This document shows, one piece after another, positions 53,000 through 64,000 of a stretch of DNA of 64,000 bases. The first letter of the stretch is position 1. The number at the start of each line of letters is the position of its first letter. Origin of the DNA: Octopus vulgaris (lineage: Eukaryota); NCBI GenBank assembly GCA_951406725.2, contig OX597815.1, positions 115,320,001 to 115,384,000 of the forward strand, written 5' to 3'. The notes under the pieces were generated by a model. It made no database searches. It had not been told where the DNA came from and saw nothing but the letters and a program-made list of their open reading frames with translations. Both the position numbers and the translations under genes were made by a program.

Positions 53000-54030
53000 G
53001 TACAGGATGTCATAAAATGTAAATAACATGAAATATGAAATACAATAACATGGAGTACAAACTTGTTTTGCAAACAATGAAAGAAACAAAAGGAAAACAA
53101 GACAAGTAATAAGAAACGACCCTTTATCAGTTGTCGGCTGTTTATCTACTCCATATTTCAAACAATTACAATAAGACATGTCTTCAAGAAAACAGTTGCT
53201 CCCGCAAAGCAAAGTAAAATATGGGATTTGCGGAGGGTCAAAGTTGGTAACAAAAACAGGACAGTGAAAACAAACAGTAAGGGCTGCTAAGCCATAATGA
53301 GGTGAGGTGGCGAATGCTGGAAGAACAAGCTTTGATAGGAGAAAAAATAGAAGAGGAGACAGACAAGAATGCATGTGATATGTGTGGCAGATCAAAAGAA
53401 AAGAAAGAAGCTCAAGGTAGGAAAAGAAAGATGGTCGATGGTCACGTGTGATCAATGAGAGAGTAAAGGAGGAAGTGTGAAAAAGAGAGAGGGACAGAAA
53501 GAGAATAGTGAAGGGGAGAGGAAAAGAATTAGAGAAAGGATGAGAGAGAAAATGAAAGGGGGAGAAGGGGAAATACAAAAAATTAGAGAAAGGAAGAGAG
53601 GAAACGAAAGGGGAGAGAGAGTGAACAGTACAGAGAGTTGCATCAAAATTATTAAGATAAACTTACTTGGAAATGGATGCGTGGTGTTCAATCATATAAT
53701 AATATGAATAATATGTATATATATATGCATATATGCATACAGGACATCATAAAATGTAAACAACATGAAATACGGAATACAAAAACATGGAATATGAACT
53801 TTTTTTTGTGAACAACGAAAGAAACAAATGGAAAACAAGACAAGTAACATAAAGAAACGACCCTTCATCAGTTGTCAGCTGTTTATCTACTCCACATTTC
53901 GAACCATTATGACAAAATGTGTCTTCGAGAAAACAGTTGCTCCTGCAAAACAAAATAAAATTTGGGATTTGCGGAGGGTCAAAGATGGTATCAAAAACAG
54001 GACAGTGAAAATAAACAGTAAGGGCTACTA
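53000..54030 (-). mobile_element. Penelope-like pseudo-LTR, partial tandem duplication
   Basis: About 53000-53295 is repeated at about 53740-54035 with a GA-rich spacer. Same family as 13460-14485. Confidence 0.55.
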
Positions 54031-54090
54031 AGCCATAACAAGATATATATATATGTGTGTATGTGTATATATATTATATATATATATGTG

Positions 54091-54126
<36 letters not shown>

Positions 54127-54784
54127 CTTACACACACATAGACATATGCACTTACATACCTACCAACATATATGCATGCATGCATACATACATGCATACA
54201 TACATACAAACAATGGCTTCTATACTGTTTCTATCTACCAAATTCATTCATTAGGTATTGGTCAGCCCTGGGCTATAGTAAAAGACACTTGCCCAAAGTG
54301 CTGTGCAATGAGACTGAACCTCACACCACATGGTTACAAAGTGAGCTTCTTATCTACACATCCATTCCTGTGTCTAAAATCATCAAATGCATCAGTTGAG
54401 ATTGAATTTATATTGGCTGCTAGGGAGGAAACCATGTTCACCATTGTCTAAAGAAAAAAAAGAGGGTTGTCATAACCAGAAGTCGTCCATTCTGGGTTGG
54501 AATGATGTTAAATGCCAACACAGGGTCAGAGCATTTTCTCTTTAAAGGTATTTTATGCTTCAAAGATATTTGTATTTGCATTGCATCTGCATATTCTTGA
54601 TAGGCACTAAGAATTAATATAACAAAACATCTAGAGTAGATTTGATCTCAAAATATGAGTTAAGCCCTACAATTCTTCATCCACTTCACCTTTGCTGTCC
54701 CCTATTACACATATGTTCCTTAATATTAATCTCTTGCATGGATTCTGTACTTAAATATCTTATTCATTTTACGTTTTTTTACAG

Positions 54785-54833
54785 TATGTTCATCCGGCCC
54801 AAGCTGGTTAACATCATTGAAACATCCTGTTTG
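54785..54833 (+). CDS. UNC80: Protein unc-80 homolog, coding exon 2 (49 bp)
   Basis: TTTTTTTACAG|T ATG TTC ATC CGG CCC AAG CTG...TGT TTG|GTAAGT. It completes the Ser codon from exon 1. MFIRPKLVNIIETSCL aligns with vertebrate AFLRPKLGKQYEASCV. Confidence 0.92.
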
Positions 54834-55885
54834 GTAAGTTTATTAGATTTTTGTCATCTTTCATAAACTTAAATATGTAGTTTCTGTTTCTCATATATGT
54901 CTATCAATATATATATATATAAATGCGCCCTTTTAAAGCTTAGCCAGTCTCATGGGCCCGGTTTCCCGGTTTCTATGGCGTATGTGTTCCCCAGCTGGAC
55001 GGGAAGCCAGTCCATCGCAGCGTTACTCATTTTTGCCAGCTGAGTGGACTGGGCAATGTGAAATGAAGTGTTTTGCTCAAGAACACAATGCGTCACCCGG
55101 TCCAGGAATCGGAACCACAACCTTACAATCATGATGCTGACACCCTAACCACTAAACCACATGCCTCTACACACACACACATATATATTTATACACAAAG
55201 AGACGAGCCTTTAACACTTAACAGTTTGCCTGACATAATCCTGAGAGGATGAGAGCTAAAGTTAACCTCTGCAGGATTTGATATCAGAGTTGGGAGAAAT
55301 AATGAAAAATATTTTCTAGTACTTTAATGATTCTGTCAGTTGACCACAGGTCAGCCCAGCAGTTCTTAAAAGAATGAAAGGCAAAGTTGGCCTTGGTGGA
55401 AGTTCAAACTCAGAACATAAAGAGCCAAAACTAATGTTGCAAAACATTTTCTTTTTGCCAATGTTCTAACAATTCTGTCAGCTTGCTGCCTTATTTAGTA
55501 ATAATCCTTTCTATCGTAGGCACAAGGCCTGAAATTTTTGGGGAGGGGATAAGTTGATTACATCGACCCCAGTGACTAACTGGTATCTATTTTATCGACC
55601 CTGAGAGGATGAAAGGCAAAGTCAGTCTCAACAGAATTTGAACTCAGAACATAGTGACAGGTGAAATACCTCTAAGCATTTCATCCAGCATGCTAACAAT
55701 TCTTTCCAGCTCACTACCTTGCCTTATTTAGTAATAATAAGAATGATTTTTAACATTGGCATGAGGCCACTCGATTTAGTGGAGAGGTGCAGTTAACATA
55801 ACTGGCTCCCAGTACTTGACTAGTGCTTATTTTAATGATTCTGAAATAATAAAGATCAAGATTGATACCAGAATAATAATAAAGG

Positions 55886-56414
55886 TATTATTATTGAATG
55901 AGAGAGCATTGCATGCCATCAAAGTGACACTGGTGTACAAATATACCAAGCTCAATATACCCATTATGACTACTTGTCTGATAAGGGTACACCAGGCACA
56001 TGCATTACAATGATATGTGAGTGACATGGTAACCTTATATCAAGATAAACGGTGCATGAACTTGCAGGTGGGACCCAGTCGGAATTTTCTGAAGGTGGAG
56101 TAGCCCATCTTACTCAAAAGGTCTCCGAATGACGGTTGTTTAAGGTGAATTATTCAAACCCCAAAGAATTCATCTAAACACATAGCTATGATGCTCCACC
56201 ACTACTTCTGCTCATGATTAGAGTTGCACATATCGTCAGCCACTAGGAGATATGCTCAACTGGTTAAGGTCAAGCAAATGTGTGGTATTGTGCAGAATAT
56301 TTGCTGTAGCCCATCTTTTATACCAAGACAAAACATGTACATGATAACACTTCCAATCAGTTAAGATGAGAAGCAATGAGAACCAGTGCTGGTACTTTAT
56401 CAGGGCATGTATTA

Positions 56415-56466
<52 letters not shown>

Positions 56467-57170
56467 GGTAGTGAGCTGGAAGAACCATTAGCATGCCAGA
56501 CATAATACTCAGCGGCATTTCGTCTGTTCTTATGTTCTGAATTCAAATTTCGCTGCGGTTGACTTTGCTTTTCATCCTTCTGGATTGATGAAATATGTAC
56601 CAGTGGAGCACTGGGTTCGATGTAATCAACTAGCCTCATCCCCCAAATTTAAGTATTACCATGTACATGTTTTGTCTTGGTATAAAAGATGGGCTACAGC
56701 AAATATTCTGCTCAATACCACAGATTTGCTTGTCAGTTGTTTGACCTTAACCAGTCGAGCATGTCCCTTAGTGGCTGATATGTCCCTTGATGACAATATG
56801 TGCATCTCTGATCATGAGCAAAAGTTGTGGGGGAACATCATAGCCATGTGTTGGGATTCTTTGAGGTTTGAATAAACCACCTCTGGAAACATGGGTGTTT
56901 CGTTCATCATCCTTAAACAACCCTTATTCAGGGACCTTTTAATCAGGATGAGCTACTCAACTTGAAGAAAATCTTAACTGGGCCCCACCTGCTAGGTCAT
57001 GCACTGTTTATCGTTATATGAGATCACCATGTCATGCATATATGGTTGTGAGCATGTGTCTAGTGCACCCTTATCAGATGGGTAGTCATGATGGGTATAC
57101 TGGGCTTTGTATATTTTGCCCCAGTGTCACTTTGATGGTATGCACAACTCTCTCACTCAATAATAATAAT
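55886..57170. repeat. Inverted pair of an (AAT)n-tailed interspersed repeat
   Basis: About 55890-56343 is the reverse complement of about 56659-57165 (e.g. GCTGTAGCCCATCTTTTATACCAAGACAAAACATG / CATGTTTTGTCTTGGTATAAAAGATGGGCTACAGC). Confidence 0.88.
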
Positions 57171-57479
57171 TCTTTCTACAATAGGCGGAAGGTCTGAACG
57201 TTTTGGGGAAGGGGTTAGTTGATTATATCAGTCTCATGTGGCTAACAGGTACTCATTTCATTAACCCTCAAAAGATGAAAGGCAAAGTTAACTTCAGTGG
57301 CATTTGAACTCATAACATAAAGCCAGAAGAAATGCCACTAAGTGTTTTGTCTGATGTGCTAATGATTCTGCCAGCTTGTTGCCTTAATGATAATAATATC
57401 AACGTCATCATCATCGTTTATCATTTGCCTTCCATGCTGGCGTGGATGGGACAATAATAATAATAATAATGAAGGCAGT

Positions 57480-57690
57480 AAGAGAAATATAAAGGAAATT
57501 GGAATAGAGTGCCCAGTAAAACTGTTACAAAAGGTTTGTTTCCTTGGTACAGCCAGAATAATCAGGAAAATAGCTGAAAAGAACAGATAGCATGGTACTG
57601 TAAGACTGCAAGTAGCAAGCTTGCTATGCATGCAAAACTCCAGGAGCTCCAACTAAACCTGTGATAAAAAGAAATGATGATAATAATGAT
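57480..57690 (+). mobile_element. R4/Dong 3'-end fragment within (TAA)n
   Basis: IGIECPVKLLQKVCFLGTARIIRKI is a typical R4/Dong C-terminus; (AAT)n lies on both sides. Confidence 0.8.
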
Positions 57691-57788
57691 AATCTCTGCT
57701 TATTTAGATACAAAAAGTTGTTGTCCTTTGATGCAACTTGTATAAATTAAAGCAAAAGAAAATTATTATGATGATGATAATAATAATG

Positions 57789-57822
<34 letters not shown>

Positions 57823-57833
57823 TAATAATAATG

Positions 57834-57872
<39 letters not shown>

Positions 57873-59932
57873 TTTTTGCTCACTGCAAAGTCACACTCTA
57901 AAACATGATATGACCTCCAATGCTTATTTTTTTGACCATGGAAGGTCATGAAATAAATTCAACTCCACTAGGATTTCAATGCAGAATGGAGAATGGAGCA
58001 AAGCATAACTAAATATAGCGAAGTATTTTATCTAGTCTACATGCTACCACTTTTATTACTCTCTTGCTCTAGGTAGTAAAATCGGTAAATACCAAGAATT
58101 TTAATGAAAAGACCAATGAAGTCATCTTTCAATTACCAAAGAGTATGTAATAGTATATCTAGTCCAGAACACATGTGGCAGAAGTTTCTCAATAGTCTGG
58201 TTTCACTCTTAGTGGTCTGGTTTCAATTTGAAGCATGTTAAAAATGTGAGCTTTTATGCTTACGTATAAATAAATATAAGAAAATAATGTTTATAACTGA
58301 GTGTTAAAACTAGTGGGTTTATTTAGTATTTCTTTGAAATAATTGCTTTGGTGCTGTTATAGCTGTGTAGTTAAGAAGCACATAGTTTCAGGTTCAGCAC
58401 GACTGTGTACCACTTTGGGGAAGTGTCTTCTACTCTAGCCCCAGGTTGACCAAAGCTTTGTGACTGGCAATGGGAGAAGACTGTCATTGCCAGCACAGAT
58501 ATGTGTGTGTGTGTATGTATGTATGTATGTATGTATGTATTTATGTATGTACATGTGTGTGTGTGTGTATGTATGTATGTATATATGTATGTAGGTATGT
58601 GTGTGTGGGGGGTCTATCATCATCATTATCATCATCATCGTTTAACATCTGCTCTCCATGTTAGCATGGGTTGGACGATTTAACTGAGGACTGGCAAACC
58701 AGATGGCTGCACCAAGCTCCAATCTGATCTGGCAGAGTTTCTATGGCTGGATGCCCTTCCTAACGCCAACCACTCTGAGAGTGTAGTGGGTGCTTTTATG
58801 TGCTCCTGGCACGAGGGCCAGTCAGGCGGTACCGGCAATGGCCACGCCAAAATGGTGTTTTTATGTGCCACCTGCACAGTACTGGCAACGACCTCGCTCA
58901 AATTTTTTTTCACATGCTACCGGCACAAGTGCTTTCTACATCCCACCGGCACAGAAGCCAGTCATATATACACATATATACATATGAATGTATTATGTAT
59001 ATATGTATATGTGAGTGTGTGTGTATATATATATATACACACACATACATTCATATGAATACATGTATCTATATACATGTATGTATATCTATATATATAT
59101 CTATATTTATATATAGATTCAGTTGAATTAGGTACTTAGGTTGAAGCACCAAGTCAGTCCAGTATTACCCTCACAGCTCGAAGTAGAGTAATGCAGTACA
59201 ACCGTGTCAAGCAGCTCCATCTAATTGAACAATGCAATCATTACATCAATGTAATGTATTATGTTATGTGATGTTAGTCTGACTTAATCCTATTTGGTGA
59301 TTACATCATTCTTTCCGTCTATGAATTTCTACCCCATTAGTCAAATTATGTATATTTGTAATGATTTTGAGATAACTAGTCTACTTTGACTAAATCTTAT
59401 ACCCACTAAGAACTATACAATCATGCATACAATGGTACCTGTAATATTATAACTTATAAAACCACTTTGGTAAGAATGCCTTAAACTGTCATCATTACTT
59501 CCATACCCATTACACTTGTTAGGCTACTTTTATCTTTCCTGCCTTTAATTTTAATCCCATGCCTCTTTATACCCTTCAATCATTGGGCAATAAACTGCGC
59601 TTGCAAAGACCTGTTGAGGCAAGTGAAATCGTTGTCGTGGCTGATGACAGTACCACCTGATTTGCACCCATGCCAGTGGCACATTAAAAGCACCATTCAA
59701 GCGTGGTCGATGCCAGTGTCATCTGACTGGCTCTTGTGCTGGTGGCACGTAAAAAGCACCCACTACACTCTTGAAATGGTTGGCATTGGGAAGGGCATCA
59801 ATCTGTAGAAACTTTGCCAGATTGGATTGGAGCCTGGTACAGCATTCTGGCTTGCCAGCCCCCAGTCAAACCATCCAATCCATAACAGCATGGAAAGCAG
59901 ATATTAAACGATGATGATGACAATGATATATG

Positions 59933-59966
<34 letters not shown>

Positions 59967-61072
59967 CGAAAACTAATTTCTTTGTGTCAATGTGTCACAC
60001 TTAAACCCCCTCTCTCATCAGTCAATGACACTCCTACTGTTCTTCATGATGGGGTGAGAGTAGGCATAGAGACGGTGAGGGCAGTGGTGGAGACAGAGAG
60101 AGACAGAGAGACAGAGAAAGAAAGAAAAAAGCGGGAGAGAAAGAGAGACAAAGAAATTTAGGGAGGGTTGATGATGTTTTATTAAATGTAGTAGTGAAGA
60201 TGGTGGCAGTGCAAGTAATAATAAAAGAGAGAGAAAGAGTGGGTGTATGAAAGAAGGAGGGAGATGATGTAAAGCTTTGTTTAACTATGTCTTTGACAGA
60301 AATTCTTGTCGCTAACATACTGAACACTATCATTTTTCTTTTATTTTTTGCCTTCTTTACTACATATATATACATACACATGTGTGCACACACACAAAAA
60401 TACCCATTAATTGAAATAAAGTTTCCCCAAAATTAAACATATCTAATGTAATAAATGTCAATGTATCACACTTTTTCAACTCTAATAAATCCTATCTTCT
60501 GGAAGCACAAGGCCTCAAATTTTGGGGGAAGAGATTAAGTCGATTACATCAACCCTAGTACATAACTGGTACTAATTTTATTGGCCCCAAAAGGATAAAA
60601 GGCAAAGTCGACCTTGATGGAATTCGAACTCAAAACCTAATGGTGGACAAGATACCACTAGGCATTTCACCCAGCATGCTAACGATTCTGCCAGCTCACT
60701 GCTTTAATATATTATAATATAATATAATAAATGTGAATGTCAGTGTGTCACACTTTTTACTCCTAGAGGCCATAGCCCAAGATATCATACCATTTTGGAA
60801 TCAGGCTAACTCCATGAGTAAATTAAAAACATTCTGGGCTAGATCTGAACCTGCAATCCTGAAATTTTGGATTCCAATGTTTTCATTACTGTGATTGTTT
60901 TCGGTGATTTTTTTTACATGATTTTTTGTGACGAATATGATCATCATTAGGATATGACTCTGGAGGAAGCAATTGCAACAAATTCTCCAAAACAAGTCAA
61001 AGATCTGTTTGCAGATCTTCCAATTCAGATCTATAGTATATAGCTTAAAAGCCACCCAATAGTATATACATA

Positions 61073-61107
<35 letters not shown>

Positions 61108-64000
61108 TATCTATAAAATTGAAGTTTTCTTTGTGTATTTTGTGTGTATGTACAAAAATTTATGTACTTCAATAACTTCTACATCTTTCATCTGATTTCT
61201 TAAAAATTTTATGTACAGCTGCTTCATATCCCAGACCCGAACATAGGCTACTTAGATTTTTTTAAATCGATATTGGGGCCTCTAGAGTGATGGGAAACCA
61301 ACTATAGATGATTCCTATTCATTTGCATTAATCAGCTGTTTTATAATCTGTAGGGTCTTCCATAATTATTTGTTCTTTTTTATAAAAGTGAAAGGATTTT
61401 GTACATTTATCTATTTCCACTGTTCACCAGTGACGGTAATTAGATTGACAAGGACCACTGAATGCATACATTTCCACTATTCTCAATCAATTTTCATCAA
61501 ACTTTACACACACATTACTTATATCCCAAGGATGGTCATGCACTGAACATTTTCCCCTGGGTTCCTGTATAAGGGGACCTAAATGGACATAATTTTTTTT
61601 GTATGTAGGGTTTTCCATACTTTTAAAATCTTTTTTATAAATGTGAAAGGATTTTATCTATTCATTTATTTCAACTGTCCACCTGTCATGGTGATTAAAT
61701 TGACTACGAACACTGTATGCGGTGAATATCCAATACCAGACAATCTTAATCTCCAAATTTAAACTGCATTAAATTTTGGCAAGCTTACCTTTACCTATTT
61801 TGAGTTACTTGAAATGTGATGCCCCATTCCCTCTTTTCTATTTGTTGATACCTTTGTTTACCTACCAATGCATTGTTTCACTTTAAGGATGCTTATTTAC
61901 CCATCCATTATATTTCGAATGTTGTACATTGTTTCAAATACATTTTAGCATTGTTGTTCTAGCCTTTTTTAAACAATCACATATGATTCATCCTGAAGAA
62001 TCAACCTTTAAATAAGTGTTTTGCTTCCACTAGCAACAGCTATACATATCTTTCAGAAAGCTCTATACCAATTTAACTTTATGCAGCATTCACTGTTAGT
62101 TTATGTGCAGGCTATGTGGGAAGACAGAATAAAGGGGCTTTTGTTAGCTTATCTCTCTAGAAAAAAGCTCCCTTTGCTGTTGAAAAAAAAAAAAACTTGC
62201 AGAGGGGAAGTTTCAACGTCTTCCTCCAATTTCATTATGCCATTTCTGATAAGAAATTTTGCTTTCATGTAAAACAACTATATTTTGTAGTGATTATCCG
62301 TAATCTATTCCCAACATACTTCAGTAGCTCTACTTTGCATCGAGGGTGTAATGGGTGCTTTTATGTGACACCAGTATCTGCCATGACTACAATTCACTTG
62401 GCTTAATGGATCATCCTTCTCAAGCACAGCATATTGCCAAAGGTCTCAGTCATTTGTCATTGCCTCCATGAAGCCCAGCACTTGAAAGGTGCTTTTTACA
62501 TGCCACTGGTACAGATTGCTAGTTCCACAATGCCATGACTCCGTGAAGCCCAGAGCTCAAAAGGTGCTCTTAACATGCCACCGACACGGGTGCCAGTTAT
62601 GTGATACTGACAGCCACAACTATGATTTTATGTGTGTGTGTGTGTGTGTGTGCATTAGTATCTATATGTTTGTCTCTCCCTAATTGATGTCATGTGATAG
62701 TTGTAAATGATTTGTCACCATCATTCATTTTCACTATTTTACTCAAATATGTCTAGTTGTGAGGAAATATTACCTTACTTGGAAGCAGGTGAGCATTGGC
62801 AAAAGGAAAGGCATTTAGCCATAGAAAAATCTACTTGAATAAAATGATGATGATGATGATAATGAATTACTTGGCTCCAATAGACTTTTGTTTGATTTTT
62901 ACTATTGAAAGAAAAGTGTCAGGTTGGGTTGAAGCAAATTGAATTAAGCACATTATTCAACAGACTGTACCAGTGCTTGTAACTGATAAGCTCATGATAC
63001 TGGAATTAAGAAGATGATGCCATATCAGCTTATCCACTGTACTTCAAAATTTCATCCTTATCATCATCATCTATTTTATTCATGTTTTACACTGGTTTAG
63101 TAAGTGTCAGTGCATTTTAATTCCATATCATCTCGACAGAAACTGAATATCCCGTATTCACAAATTCAGTTGAACTGACACCTAATTTTTACTTGGATTT
63201 TCTAAAAGAATTAATGTATCTGTAGCATAATTAAACCTTCCTTAAAAATTATAATTTGTTTCTCTTGTTTTTTAATGGTAAACCTATTGGTTTATTTCTG
63301 AAAACTTTATCCAAAATACCTGAAAGTGTAGCCTGTATTGTGTTTATATGGAAAGATAGTCACTCATCTGCTACTCATTGAAAATTGAAAGAAATTGGGA
63401 TATGATGATTACTTAACACACTTTATATATGCACTTTTTATACTTTATGCACAATTTTATAGACTTAAAACACAGCACTCATAAAATAAATATTCATTCT
63501 TATTTTTCCATTTTTTCCATAAACAAAACAAATTATTCCATACATATGATACAACCTTTAGTTAAATTGCATATATATATGCCACATAAATACGCATGAA
63601 TATTTCATGGAATTGCACTTATGCACATGCGTTAAGTGATAAGTGATATAAAAAAACTTAGTTCAATTAAAAAGAATACACTTTGCACTATGCAATCACC
63701 ACTGCCCCCCCCCCCCATCACCACCACCACAATCATCATCTCTCTTTCTCCCTCTCTCCCTTCTCTCTCTACCCTTCTTTAACCTCACCATCAGAATATC
63801 CCCTCTGCTAAAATTATACCTCTAACTGTCTCTATATCACTAGCTCTTCAATTAACATTTTTAACCATGCCGTAAATATTATGCTCCCCCCACCTCATGT
63901 CATTTTTTTTATTCTCCTTCTGTCTCATTCTTCACCTTATCCTCTATTTCTCTCTCCTTTTTCTTTCTCCTCTATTTCCCTTCAACTAATCACATGAAAG

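Noticed and set aside
53860-53905. CTGATGA/GAAA motifs as an intact hammerhead
   Set aside because: I could not form convincing stems in the required order.
54834-64000. UNC80 exon 3
   Set aside because: No SFERVLV-like coding segment with splice sites was found; it probably lies beyond the window.

Overview
AT-rich, microsatellite-dense eukaryotic DNA. The repeat repertoire (RTE 3' ends with (GAT)n tails, CR1 with (ATT)n tails, R4/Dong, tRNA-SINEs carrying internal (TA)n) suggests an octopus genome; this is an inference. Most of the window is decayed, nested transposable elements: R4/Dong, CR1, RTE, Gypsy, Helitron, mariner/Tigger, Chapaev-type and Penelope-like. The one host gene I can support is the 5' end of UNC80 (NALCN channel complex) on the + strand. 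It has two short coding exons that the ORF track does not translate in their spliced form (46803-46888 and 54785-54833, giving MPKRKFGNGVDYDHSIPLPIQSFFWRQT-S-MFIRPKLVNIIETSCL). A CpG-retaining region just upstream may be a bidirectional promoter shared with an unidentified minus-strand transcript. The most striking pattern is that several distinct R4/Dong retrotransposon families sit in or against (CATA)n arrays, and one in (TAA)n, which suggests microsatellite-targeted insertion. Other notable features are inverted CR1 copies sharing one frameshift, local templated insertions, long near-perfect palindromes and degenerate hammerhead ribozymes. Repeat boundaries are approximate except where a TSD or splice site is quoted. 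Family names come from recalled motifs, not database searches.
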